Origin: a virus
Taxonomy: Duplodnaviria > Caudoviricetes
Direction: 5' to 3' (one strand)
Length of the DNA stretch: 64,000 nucleotides
IMG/VR virus record: IMGVR_UViG_3300035498_000356
Coordinates: 1-64,000 of that record
Shown here piece by piece: positions 1-10,400 of this stretch. The notes under the pieces are model-generated. The model was not told the DNA's origin. It did not search any database and worked only from the letters and a program-made list of their open reading frames with translations. Position 1 is the first letter of the stretch; each line of letters starts with the position of its first letter. The position numbers were made by a program, and so were the translations under genes.

Positions 1-44
1 CCAAACCAGATCTATAGGTTATAATTATTTATCTATTATTTAAA

Positions 45-1472
45 TCAAGCTTGGTAAATAATAACAGAACGGAATGGAGTCATAGCTGCTATACCTGCAT
101 ACTGCATCATTACCATCTTAGAACCTGCTACGTTAGATGCTACTTGACCAGATGATTTACCATCAAGACCACCAACACCAGGAATGGTAGAAGTAATAAA
201 GTCTTTACCAAGAAGACTAAACTTCATAATTGCAGGTGTACCAGTTGTCTTATCAGCAGTCAAATCAAGACACATACCATAACCCTTATCAGGGAATTCA
301 CGAGTAAGAGCACGATCAACAGCAAATACTAAAGTATTACCGGCAAACTCATAAGTATTATAAGTTGCACCAACTTTTACATATCCACCTTGACCCTTAT
401 TAGCTGCACGTGAATAAAGATAAGTACCATCTGTACGATAGTTAGCAAGATATTCGCCAAGTACAAGATTAATATCTTCCCAGAGACGACGATTAACAAT
501 GAATTGATAAGTATTGCCTGTCTCATCCTGTGACTTCTCATTCATTGCACTAAGAATCATATTGAATAATGCAATAGTAGGCTTATTCGAATAAACAAAC
601 TTATTAGCCGCTTGTTCAATCTAAGGAATCAAACCTTCGCCAATATATAGAGGTCTATTTGTATCAGGTTCTTGAATAGTAGGTTTGCCAAATTTATCAA
701 CATTACCCTTATTCAAAAGCAAACCAGTTGATACACTATACTAGAATGTATCAAGCAATTCCTTCTCTTTCTTCTTCATCTTGAATACGCCATCAACTCT
801 AGACTTGTCTTTATCATCACAAATCTTCATAAACACATCTTCTTTAAGAGCGTATAGTGAAGACCAAGAAACATCGTGACGGAAACAAGTAATATAGTTG
901 CGATAGCGTTCCATGCTGCTCTGGAACTTAGTATAACCTTCTTCTGACAATTCTACGTTAGCCGTAGATTGGAAAGTAGTAGTCATACCAGGTTGACATG
1001 CTGAATCATCAAGAATGGTATCAAAATTATTTTCAACCAAACGAACTGAAAGTTCCCATTTATTGTCTGCGCGACGAATAGGATGGCTTAAAACAATAAC
1101 TTGCTGACGTGAGCCATCAATACGAATAATATCAAACTTGTTGTAATAATTTTCAACAAATGTCATGATAATATCAGAGCCACCTGCACCATCACCAACA
1201 GGAGCTTCAGCAAATTCAACATGCTTAATTTGATTGTTTTCAACTTCCCACTCAAATACTAATGAGTCAACAAGTTGATACTTATTTTCGGATTCTTTAT
1301 TGTAGAATACATTTCTCAAACCATCAGTCAAAAAGTTAATGGTATTATTAGGATAAGCACGAGCTACAACACCAAGATTGCTAGGTTTCTCACCAACATA
1401 CTTCTTCCAATCTTCGTATGTTTTTGTCTAGCCCATAGTAGGTATTCTACTTGTAAATTCTGCAATTTTCAT
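45..1472 (-). CDS. Major capsid protein, crAss-like (475 aa, TAG-recoded)
   Basis: Track ORFs 741-1331 and 45-560 join in frame through TAGs at 1428, 741 and 621; ATG at 1472 (MKIAEFTSRIPTMG*TKTYEDW); resembles Crassvirales MCP and lies downstream of portal/terminase. Confidence 0.85.
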
Positions 1473-1488
1473 TTATTATGTATTATAG

Positions 1489-2466
1489 TTAAAAATCATC
1501 TAAGTCATCATATTCATTAGATGATTCCTTAGGTTTTTTAATTGTAACTTTATCTTTCTATGTACGATTATTTTTTCGAGATGTTTTTAATTCATTAGTC
1601 CAATAATCATTAATATCTTGCATTGCTTTATCTCCATTTAGTGCAAACCATGCCATTCTAACTAAATATTTAGGATCGTTTAGAACTTTACTAAATGTAC
1701 TTACTCCTGCCTAATCAAATCCAGTAATAAAATCATAAAGTTCTTCCATTTCATCCTCTGACATATCTAAATCAAAACCACCAAAATCTGTAAAGTTTCT
1801 AATCTCATTTTCTACAGTTTCTGCAAAGCGATTAAAATTCTCTACTTGAGTTTGCTGTTCATACATTTGTCTAGATTGAATATCAGCCTATTCTTTAGCT
1901 CTATAATTATTACGAAGCTCGCTTATATACTCATTAAAGAATTCTTCATTCTAACGAGCAGCAAGAAGCTTATCAGCTAATTCTTCAGCAGTGATATTAT
2001 CTGCACCTCTCTTAGATAAAACATCTGTCATATATAAATCATCATCTGAAAGATCGTCAACAGAATAATGAGGTTGCTATATATTATTAATATAGTTATC
2101 AATAGTTGTCTGTTGAACATAATTCATATACTCTTGAGGAGTCATATTACTACTCCTAATAGAATTAATTAATTGCAACTCTGAATCATCCAAGTCACTA
2201 TAAAATGATGTAGGCTGCGAATCATTAGTTCTAAGTATTTCTAGCTTCTCTGAATTTGAAAGATCATCCCAGTTCTTTTCTTCAATTTCACCAGATTCAT
2301 TTTCAAATTTAATGCTAGATTTATCTTCAATTCCTTTATCTGCTAATAAAGAATCAACAATTTCTGGCTAGTCATTATAATCATACTAACCATCTGACTC
2401 TATTTCTTCTGTATCTTGTTGAGTTAAGGTGTCGTCAAGTTCTTCAAAATCATCAAATTCATCCAT
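1489..2466 (-). CDS. Acidic head-assembly/scaffold-like protein (325 aa, TAG-recoded)
   Basis: Open frame when TAG is read through; very D/E-rich (MDEFDDFEELDD...EYDDLDDF); directly upstream of MCP. Confidence 0.6.
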
Positions 2467-2998
2467 TCTTATTCACATTTATATTATCATCAGAAATATC
2501 TATTAATACCCCATCTTTTACATAATATAATTTCTAATCGGATTCTAGATATATAATACCATTTTGTACAGAATTCTCATTAAATTCCGTACAATAAAAT
2601 CCTATGTTTCTTAAAGCATTCAATTTCTATTCAGGGCTAGATTCCTGGTTTTCAGAAAATGAAACTCCGACTTCTGACAGGTTGATTGTCTCGCCTTTGT
2701 ATTTGAGATAGGTTGATTTATCATCCAGAATATATATCCCGTCTTTAGAACCAATGCTATCAGAATCGTTAGCTGTAAAGATAAACTAAGTGTCAACATT
2801 GATGCTTCCATTTTTAATTAAATCTATAAACTTATTTCCATATTTAATCTTAACTTGTCCTCGTGTATTTAAAACTAAATCCTAACTAGAATCTCCTACT
2901 TGAGAATAAGTACGGCCAAACATAGATAATGATTCTTTTTTTAAATCGGCTACTTCTTTCTCTAGTTTTTCTAGTCTATTAGTTAAATCACTTTCCAT
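2459..2998 (-). CDS. Hypothetical structural protein (179 aa, TAG-recoded)
   Basis: MESDLTNRLEKLEKE...GQVKIKYGNKFIDL; 4 in-frame TAG; overlaps both neighbours. Confidence 0.65.
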
Positions 2999-3617
2999 TT
3001 AAATAATTTGAAATTCCGTTTATATGTACTTGAGCTATTTGTTTCTTTCCTTCTTCGGACGAAAGAAATTCAACATCTTCTTTATTATCTTGGAATAGAT
3101 TTTCAGTAAGTATAGCTGGGCATTTTGTATCTCTACAAACAGCTAATGATGCTACCCAATACTTTTCTGTTGGCACTGATCTATTCCCTTTTAAATCAGA
3201 GTTTGATGCTTCTTCATATAATGTACTTGCAAGTTTTTTAGATTTAGTAGAAGAATTGGGAGATACATATACACTCCAACCTCTAGCATTTTTCCACTTG
3301 CCATCTGCTCCTGCTGCATTTACATGAACACTAACATAAATACAATTACTTGAACCATATTTATTACATAAATTATTTACATAATTAACTCTCCAATTTA
3401 ATTCTTTTCTCTGTTCCTCTTTAGCTGAAGAACTTTGCATTTGAGAATTAGGCTCTAGGCTTTCATAATCAACATAAACTGTTAAGCCTTTGGCTTCTAA
3501 TCCTTCTTTAATAAGTTTTATAACTTCTCTTGAAAACACACATTCTTTAAACTTACCATCTGGACTGCATTTGCCAGGTGTAGTGCTTAAATGTGCTGTT
3601 CCTAAAATAACAATCAT
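2988..3617 (-). CDS. N-acetylmuramoyl-L-alanine amidase (Amidase_3), probable endolysin
   Basis: GTAH...E, SVHVNA and PAILTENLF motifs; no internal TAG. Confidence 0.9.
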   Translation of the reverse strand: MIVILGTAHLSTTPGKCSPDGKFKECVFSREVIKLIKEGLEAKGLTVYVDYESLEPNSQMQSSSAKEEQRKELNWRVNYVNNLCNKYGSSNCIYVSVHVNAAGADGKWKNARGWSVYVSPNSSTKSKKLASTLYEEASNSDLKGNRSVPTEKYWVASLAVCRDTKCPAILTENLFQDNKEDVEFLSSEEGKKQIAQVHINGISNYLNGK

Positions 3618-3675
3618 TTAAATATGCTTTTATTTAATAATATTTATTAATAAATGTTAATATACATTTCATTAG

Positions 3676-3707
3676 CAAATATAAATAAAAATTGCTGAGA
3701 ATCCAAA
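3676..3707 (-). promoter_or_regulatory. Bacteroidetes primary-sigma promoter upstream of amidase
   Basis: TTTG (-33) ... TATATTTG (-7, consensus TAnnTTTG) on - strand. Confidence 0.65.
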
Positions 3708-3726
3708 ATAATTCCCAGCAATTTTC

Positions 3727-4104
3727 TTAAATCATATTTTCCCACTCAATCACAATGCCTTGCTTAGACATATCAGCATACCACCGATTGAAAACAAGAT
3801 TTGCTTCATTATCAAATATATCTTTAACAAATAGAGCTAAATGATGATCATCTTGTATACTTGAACCGTATAAAATATTTTTACACCAATTAGCTACATA
3901 TACAGCATCGTATAATTTATTATCTTTTATAGATACACTATAGTTTTTAAGAATAGTTTCTAACTTGTCTTTAGTAATATCTTTAGTTTTAAACTAACTA
4001 CATGCAAATTCACATAATTTTTTATTAAAATGCGAACCGTAATATCTTAGATAATTTATAAAACCATAAGGCTTAATATCATAATCTGTAAAATCTTCTG
4101 TCAT
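3727..4104 (-). CDS. Hypothetical protein (125 aa, TAG-recoded)
   Basis: MTEDFTDYDIK..YLRYYGSHFNKKLCEFA..FNRWYAD..IEWENMI; one TAG. Confidence 0.7.
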
Positions 4105-4106
4105 AA

Positions 4107-4286
4107 TTAATAGATATATCTACCTACTCTTTTAGGAGCAACTTCTTCTAGTTCATCTTCATCATCATAAACTTCAGAATGCTCTGATAATTTCTTTATC
4201 ATTTTACAAGCAATTGCTTTCAATCTGCGAAGATGTTCTATAGTATCTTCATAAGTATCTTCTTTTATTTCAATAAACCCTTTCAT
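4107..4286 (-). CDS. Small hypothetical protein (59 aa)
   Basis: MKGFIEIKEDTYE...RVGRYIY; fills the gap between neighbours. Confidence 0.6.
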   Translation of the reverse strand: MKGFIEIKEDTYEDTIEHLRRLKAIACKMIKKLSEHSEVYDDEDELEEVAPKRVGRYIY

Positions 4287-4292
4287 AGTATA

Positions 4293-4775
4293 TCACTTTT
4301 TAACTTCATCTTTAGCTAATATAGATAATAACTAATCCATTTTAGTTTCAAGACCTCCTAATTTAGATTTAAGGTTATCAATATCCTCATCTCTTTCTTT
4401 TTCTTTTGCAAACTAAGGATTTAGTTCTTTAAGAATAGATTCACATGATTCAATAACTTGTTTATGATAAGGAATATTATCAATTATACTCTTACTATTT
4501 TGCAACATATTATCAACTTCATTAGCCATAAGTTCTTTAGTCTCAGTAATAGTTATATTATTATAACTTGCCACTGATAACTATCCAACAATGTTTTGAA
4601 AATCCATTGATTGCTCTCCAACTTTGACATTAATGTTAATAGTTGATCCGTTCATTAAAAAATTATTATTATAATTTGGCTATGATACACTTGCAACCTA
4701 TCCAATCTTTAATACAGGTTTATCTCCTTTTTCTAAAATATATATAATATTACCCTAACGTAAAGATGAAAACAT
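4293..4775 (-). CDS. Hypothetical protein with C-terminal coiled coil (160 aa, TAG-recoded)
   Basis: MFSSLR*GNIIYILEKGDKP...; continuous frame with TAG readthrough. Confidence 0.7.
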
Positions 4776-4780
4776 AATTA

Positions 4781-5224
4781 TTATTCATTAGAAGTAGAAC
4801 TACTAGAAGTAGTTCCTGAAGTAAATTCTAAAAATCTCATTGTTCCAGTTCTCTTATTAAGATATGCAAATCTTTGAGTATTACTTTGAATATCACATCC
4901 TAATACATTAGAACCCTAACTATCTACAATATTAATAGTATTATTACCAGAAGTATCACTACCTACCGTTGTAGTTGCGTTTCCTACAAATGGAATAGCT
5001 AATGTTACAGGTAAATTTGAACAATTGCTAGGAACTGCTTCATGAACCTATAATAGCAATAAACATTCGCAAGGAAGTTCATTATATAAATTAGGATTTA
5101 CTCCATAATCTATACTTTTATCATTAGTCTAAACACTATTTGTATTTAAAACATATATACCTCCGGCATCTAATCTCTAAATATGAGACTAATTCCAAAA
5201 GTTAGTAATTACAGGACTATACAT
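4781..5224 (-). CDS. Hypothetical beta-rich protein (147 aa, TAG-recoded)
   Basis: MYSPVITNFWN*...; GGAGG SD just upstream; continuous frame. Confidence 0.65.
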
Positions 5225-5238
5225 AATTACCTCCTTTC

Positions 5239-6198
5239 TCAGCAATTACAACCTCCACTTAAAGTTGATAAACCGCTAGCTACATTCAATCCATAATTAA
5301 CAGGAATAAATCCTCCCATTGCTGGAGTATATGGAACTTTAGCAACTAAAGGTTGATTACATTCAATAGAAGCCAATCTATTACTTAAATCACACAGTGA
5401 TGTATTAATAGGAGTAACTGCCTAACTAATCATCTATCCGAATGCTGTTGTTTGCATTTGTTGTGATAATTGTGTTTGTAACTAACTCTTCGACTCTCTT
5501 AAAGCATCAATCTTATCATATAGTGATTGAGTCTACATTGCATCTAATTTACCTATAATAGCATTAGTGTTTGCAGAAGCTCCATCTCTTAATGCAATTG
5601 AATTACTATTAATACTATTAGTTATTGTATTTGTCTATTGACAATTAGCAAGCTAATTTTGATAACCCTATTCTGTTATTGCTTGTCTAACAGAGCAACA
5701 AGATTGTGATAATTGATTAGCGATTGCACAATCTCCTGATTGAACAGCGTTAATTACTTGCTATGACGACATGCCAACTTGGTTACCAACACTTTGAATT
5801 TGTGTAGAAATACTATTAATTGCGGACTAAACATTACCAATAGAGCAATTAAGGGTTGAAGCAAGCTAATTAATAGCATTTCCATTTCCATTTATTGCCT
5901 ACATTAAAAGTTCTCTACCTGCATCATTATTTAATTGAGTTGATAAATAATCTACTCCTTGAGTGGTTGCACGACCATTTCCGAAGCCGCCCCAGCCACC
6001 TCCTCCCCATCCCATGAGGAAGAATAAGAATATTACCCAAATAAACCAAGAGCCATCACCATATCCGTTATTATTTTTCATAAGAGCGAGCAAACCAGGG
6101 TCAACTCCTTTAGATGAAAGCATAGAGCCTAAAATTGACATTAATCCGCTGTTCCCTGAAGACTATTCTGGAAACATATAAACTTTACTATCGGACAT
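5239..6198 (-). CDS. Membrane-anchored Gly-rich, Q/N-rich protein with CC motifs (319 aa, TAG-recoded)
   Basis: Extends track ORF 5899-6141 both ways; WVIFLFFLMGWGGGGWGGFG segment, then QSCCSVRQAI and terminal GCNC. Confidence 0.75.
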
Positions 6199-6282
6199 AA
6201 TAAAAAATTTAAATTAAACTAAAATTGTTAAGAAAAAAATAGACGACGTCGTATAAAAAATTTAGCTAGACTTTTTACATAG

Positions 6283-6313
6283 CAAATATAATAATAGTTT
6301 TTCATAATCCAAA
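6283..6313 (-). promoter_or_regulatory. Bacteroidetes primary-sigma promoter driving the 6198-3727 operon
   Basis: TTTG...TATATTTG on - strand. Confidence 0.65.
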
Positions 6314-6400
6314 ATAATTTTCATAAATTTTTTAAAAATTTTTTAATAAGCATTATGATTTAATTTCGGAAATATTTTATAAGCATAGGTACATAAAAAA

Positions 6401-6429
6401 TAAATCCGACTATCGAATAGCCGGATTTA
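6401..6429 (-). terminator. Rho-independent terminator after the RT gene
   Basis: taaatccgactat-cga-atagccggattta inverted repeat followed by a T-run on - strand. Confidence 0.65.
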
Positions 6430-6465
6430 ATATTGAAAATTTATTAATTCTTTAAACTTTAATTA

Positions 6466-8028
6466 TTATTCGTAATAATAATATTTATCTTGTCTCATAG
6501 TTGCAATGAATGGAAGTAGTGACTTATTTTTATTTAATCTATCAGCAATTACAAAACTTTTTGTAATAGTGTAATAAGATTTATCTTCAAGTTCCTATTC
6601 ATTTGGATCATTTGATAATTCATTAGTTAAACAAAATTTTATAACCATTTTATCTTCACCCCTTAACTTAACTTTTTCGAAATCCAATAATGCAACTTCT
6701 TTATCTTTTAACTACGTAATAGATATGAATCTATCTTTACTTAATCCAAAATAGTATTCGGATTTATTAATGTCAGATATTTTGTTTAATTTCATTTTAC
6801 ATGTATTATTTTTCTTGTTAATAAATAAATTAAGTTTATCTCCCATTGTGCGTTGTAGTAAATGTCGCGCATTCGCATGGCTGCACCAACCATAGTACGA
6901 TGCCATCTGCTGCTTATACACCTTGTTCGGCACATTACCCTTGTGAAGCTGTCGTGCTCTGCGTTGCATGGCCAGCTTAATGCGCTTACGTAGTCGGATA
7001 TGAGTCGGATATATCACGTAGCCAAGAATATCCATGCCGCACGTTACGGGAGCGATTCTTTTATTAGGTTTCACTCGCAAATCATACTCAGCCAATAGAG
7101 CCTCAATCCTTGCAAGCATCTCATGTGCATCTTGCTTACACTTAACAATCACAGCCACATCATCCATATTGCGAGCGAAATCAATCACTCGCGCATCCGA
7201 CTCCAGCATTTTATCAAGCGGAGTTAGATAAAGATTACCATGAAACTGCGACATCGGCACACCTATCGGAATGCCACCACCGCTATAAGAGCCAACAAGA
7301 CGCTTTACAAACGCTCTTACTTCGGTGCAACTTATCACCTCATTAACAAGCTTTAGCAACAACTGCGGATTGATAGACTGATAATATTTCCTCACATCAA
7401 TCTGCAAATAATAGCACTCCTTATGCTGCTTTATCGACTTGGCTAAATGGTTAAGCATTTTCGTAGTTCCGCGCCCCTTTATGCTGCCATAAGTATGCTT
7501 GGAATAGTAGCCTGTATAAATCGGTGCAATGACGTTTAAAACGGCTGTTTCGGCCACATTATCCCACCAGTCGGCATGATAATGTATACTGCGCTCCTTC
7601 GGTTCATACACCTTCATCTCGGCATATTCGCCAAACTCCCAGCCATTGCGCAAACGCTCTGCGAAATGATTGGTGTCGCGCTCGCGATTCTCTAGGAAGT
7701 CACGATACTTAGCTTTCACGCGCTCTTTATGCTGCTCCGGTTCAATATAGCCGATAACCTTGTTAAATGCTAAGGTGATATTCTGTTCAGAGCATATTAA
7801 ATCCCATAATGCTCTGTTGAATTCTGCATCGGAGTATAAATCCGATGCACTCTGTGATGTTCTGCCGTTTTGGTTATTGTCGGCAAAGTCAATCGGGCGG
7901 AAGAGGGATTCATAGGGGGCAGCAACCCCGTTCACGTTGTTCGCATTGCCGACATTGTTCGCATTGTTCGCACGACCCACGCCAGCGAGAAGGGGAAGCC
8001 GCTTGCCCGATAAACTTTCTATACTCAT
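6466..8028 (-). CDS. DGR reverse transcriptase with N-terminal TR segment and an AT-rich, TAG-recoded C-terminal extension (520 aa)
   Basis: YEPKER, TYGSIKGRG, LQIDVRKYY, GIPIGVPMSQ (DGR SQ motif), RNMDD, DILGY; TAG at 6712 reads through to TAA at 6466. Confidence 0.9.
7914..7996 (-). repeat. DGR template repeat (TR), 83 bp
   Basis: AAC-rich (ANNANNVGNANNVN); differs from 9697-9779 at 8 positions, all adenines on the coding strand. Confidence 0.95.
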
Positions 8029-8264
8029 CTTATAATCTTACCTTGTTTCACCTCCTCAGCTGCCGTTGTAGCTGCTCCGCAGTATGGATAACCGGCCACA
8101 GCCAAGGACACTCCTTGTAAGTCAACTAACTCAGCGGTATGTTCCACAGCACGCGTGCAGCCTAGCGACACTCCCTCACCGAAATCAAGTATCGGAGTAT
8201 CCTCATGTACTGCACGTGTGCAGCCTAGCGAAACACCGCCACTAAATAGTACTCTCATAGCCAT
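8025..8264 (-). CDS. Small DGR-associated protein with three GVSL repeats (79 aa)
   Basis: GVSLGCTRAV twice plus GVSLAVAG; start and stop overlap the target stop and RT start. Confidence 0.6.
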   Translation of the reverse strand: MAMRVLFSGGVSLGCTRAVHEDTPILDFGEGVSLGCTRAVEHTAELVDLQGVSLAVAGYPYCGAATTAAEEVKQGKIIR

Positions 8265-10120
8265 TACGCGTTTTTAACCTCGATTTTAAGCTGTATGTAT
8301 CGCGCCTGTGCATTCGCCTTGATATACTTACCGCTGTAACCTCCGTTACCCGTTGACTGCCAAGCTAGGTAATTACCACTAGAGATAACATTACCATCGC
8401 TGTCAGTCTGACGGACTCCGGCAATCTTGCCCTCGAAGTAATCACCCCAGAATTGTGCCTGTACCCATGGCTGTGACGGAACGCGCGTATCATCGAAGAG
8501 CACAGCGATACGATACTCCGCATCATCGGCACACTCGAAAGTGTCTGTGTCGTTCTCAGCGATAAACGACTCATTCTGCACAATTGTGCGCCCTCGATAG
8601 GCGATAGGCTTGTTATATACGTTGATATACGTTCCTCCGGCTTGCAGCCCGTCAGATGCCTTAATATAGGCATAGGCTGTCGGACATGAACGAAGATAAA
8701 GGAAGTCTATCACGTTACCATCTAATATCTCGATAAGATAAGGTTCTTCATCGTCATTCGCCTTCACGAATTCTTGCCCGCTAGTCACCACAACGACTGT
8801 ATCTTTTGCCGCAAACTGGCCGCTTACGTAGATGCTGCCACCACGAATAAAGTAACGCCCTTCGGGTATTTCGTCAGTCAGTTCATAGCGTTCTCCTTCG
8901 GGATAGTCAGCTCCGGCTACGATACCATAATCCTCGAACATTGAGGCATACTGACTAAAGATACCCGATATTGCCACCTTGTCGGGATTGGTTACGAGCA
9001 CCTTGGAATATATCTGCCCCATGTCAGAGCCGCTCGCTTCGTTGAGTACTATGCTATCATTACTTACGGCTAGTAGTCCTACGGCTGTATGCTCATCCCA
9101 TGTAGCCGGAGTTGCGCTGCTGTCTGACTTCACGGGAATATGTATTGCCGGGGGTAATGCTCCCATGTAGGTGTTATCGGCTAGCATCAGGCGTTCATCG
9201 AGGTTGTCGTAGCGGAGTGACAAGTCGCCATTGTCGGGGTCGTTGAATACCTCGTATGACGTGCGGTCGGAGAAGACGCAATCCGTAAACTTTGTAAGAT
9301 TACTTGTATATCCTTTCTCTGATATATAATTCTCTATCCACGCTTGCTTTTCGGCAGATGTCTCGCCCTGCACATCAAGTTTGGTATCACCATCCCACCA
9401 CTCGCAGTCTGAACAGAAGTAGCAATTGATAAACGTGGCATTCTGTTGCAAGAGCATCGCCACCTTGCCAAGCACCCAATATGTCGCTTGAATACCCCAT
9501 GAGCCATTCTGAAATGCTACGCGCTTCTCTCTCGGTATATCATACACTGAGAAATTATATACTTTGCAGTTCGTATTTGACGCGAACCACAGCTTATAGC
9601 TATCATTACACTGAGGACGGCAGATGGAAACGAAACGCGCGGCGGTAGAGCCGCCTATGCCTCCCATGTACACTGCGCAATCTTTGAGTGCAACAGAGGG
9701 GGCAGCAACCCCGTCCACGGTGTACGCATTGCCGACACCGTGCGCAATGATCGCACGACCCACGCCAGCGAGAAGGGGATTACTGTTAGCACTGGTATTA
9801 GCAGTTCCTGCTACGCAATTGCGAAACATCATATTCTGTGACGCAAAACCATAGCACGTATACTCATTATTCCCATCAAACGTAGCTGCACCCCAATAAT
9901 CACCATTGATATTGGTTGAGTGCGTGCCATCCGCCATATCCTCGCAAAACGTACCGCGACAAATGATTGTGCCGGGATGATACGTTGTGTGACCCCTCCA
10001 AGCCTTGCCAAGCGTCTGATACGGATTCTGCATCGTGCCGTTACCAAACACATCGCTTCCCGTATTGCTATCCACATATACGTAGCCGCTATTCTGCGTG
10101 CGCCACTTATACGCCTTCAT
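8264..10120 (-). CDS. DGR target protein, putative receptor-binding protein with beta-helix-like N-terminus (618 aa)
   Basis: YVDSNTGSDVFGNGTMQNPYQTL motif typical of DUF1565/pectin-lyase-like N-termini; VR at about aa 114-141. Confidence 0.8.
   Translation of the reverse strand: MKAYKWRTQNSGYVYVDSNTGSDVFGNGTMQNPYQTLGKAWRGHTTYHPGTIICRGTFCEDMADGTHSTNINGDYWGAATFDGNNEYTCYGFASQNMMFRNCVAGTANTSANSNPLLAGVGRAIIAHGVGNAYTVDGVAAPSVALKDCAVYMGGIGGSTAARFVSICRPQCNDSYKLWFASNTNCKVYNFSVYDIPREKRVAFQNGSWGIQATYWVLGKVAMLLQQNATFINCYFCSDCEWWDGDTKLDVQGETSAEKQAWIENYISEKGYTSNLTKFTDCVFSDRTSYEVFNDPDNGDLSLRYDNLDERLMLADNTYMGALPPAIHIPVKSDSSATPATWDEHTAVGLLAVSNDSIVLNEASGSDMGQIYSKVLVTNPDKVAISGIFSQYASMFEDYGIVAGADYPEGERYELTDEIPEGRYFIRGGSIYVSGQFAAKDTVVVVTSGQEFVKANDDEEPYLIEILDGNVIDFLYLRSCPTAYAYIKASDGLQAGGTYINVYNKPIAYRGRTIVQNESFIAENDTDTFECADDAEYRIAVLFDDTRVPSQPWVQAQFWGDYFEGKIAGVRQTDSDGNVISSGNYLAWQSTGNGGYSGKYIKANAQARYIQLKIEVKNA
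9697..9779 (-). repeat. DGR variable repeat (VR), 83 bp
   Basis: PLLAGVGRAIIAHGVGNAYTVDGVAAP versus TR PLLAGVGRANNANNVGNANNVNGVAAP; A-specific substitutions. Confidence 0.95.
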
Positions 10121-10400
10121 TCGCTACCTCCTTTCCTTCGATAGTGATTACATCTCTCTTCTTCGCCCAGCTGCCATCATCGCGGATATACTCGCGAGTA
10201 ATAACCACCTTAGCAGTGTCTGTCTGATAGACAAACTCCACAGGGCGACCAAACTTGTCATTCTCGGTTACGGGGCATTCCTCGCCACCGATTTTCGACA
10301 TAAACTCATTGTAGAGCCAGTTCAGATATGCTTCCGACTGCTCCTCCTAATCTGGAAAATACATAATATTTCCATCTTCTCCATCTAATATTTTAATCAT
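10107..10400 (-). CDS. Small chimeric protein spanning the DGR right junction (97 aa, one TAG)
   Basis: ATG 10400 overlaps the upstream TGA; 18 AT-rich codons ending in TAG (10347), then GC-rich codons in frame with track ORF 10107-10301. Confidence 0.7.

Larger units (their letters stand above)
6840..10346 (-). mobile_element. GC-rich diversity-generating retroelement cassette (target, small ORF, TR, RT)
   Basis: Abrupt rise in GC and absence of in-frame TAG between about 6840 and 10346; contains RT and a TR/VR pair. Confidence 0.85.

Noticed and set aside
2620-2811. Track ORF MEASMLTL
   Set aside because: Wrong frame; lies inside recoded gene 2459-2998
6466-8028. RT as group II intron, retron or Abi RT
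   Set aside because: The SQ motif and a TR/VR pair with adenine-only differences identify a DGR
8100-8240. Repeats in the 79-aa ORF as a second TR/VR pair
   Set aside because: Short, differences not adenine-specific, no similarity to the TR; a protein-level repeat
7034-10388. Many + strand and alternate-frame ORFs in the DGR cassette
   Set aside because: Shadow ORFs from higher GC content, opposite or within real genes
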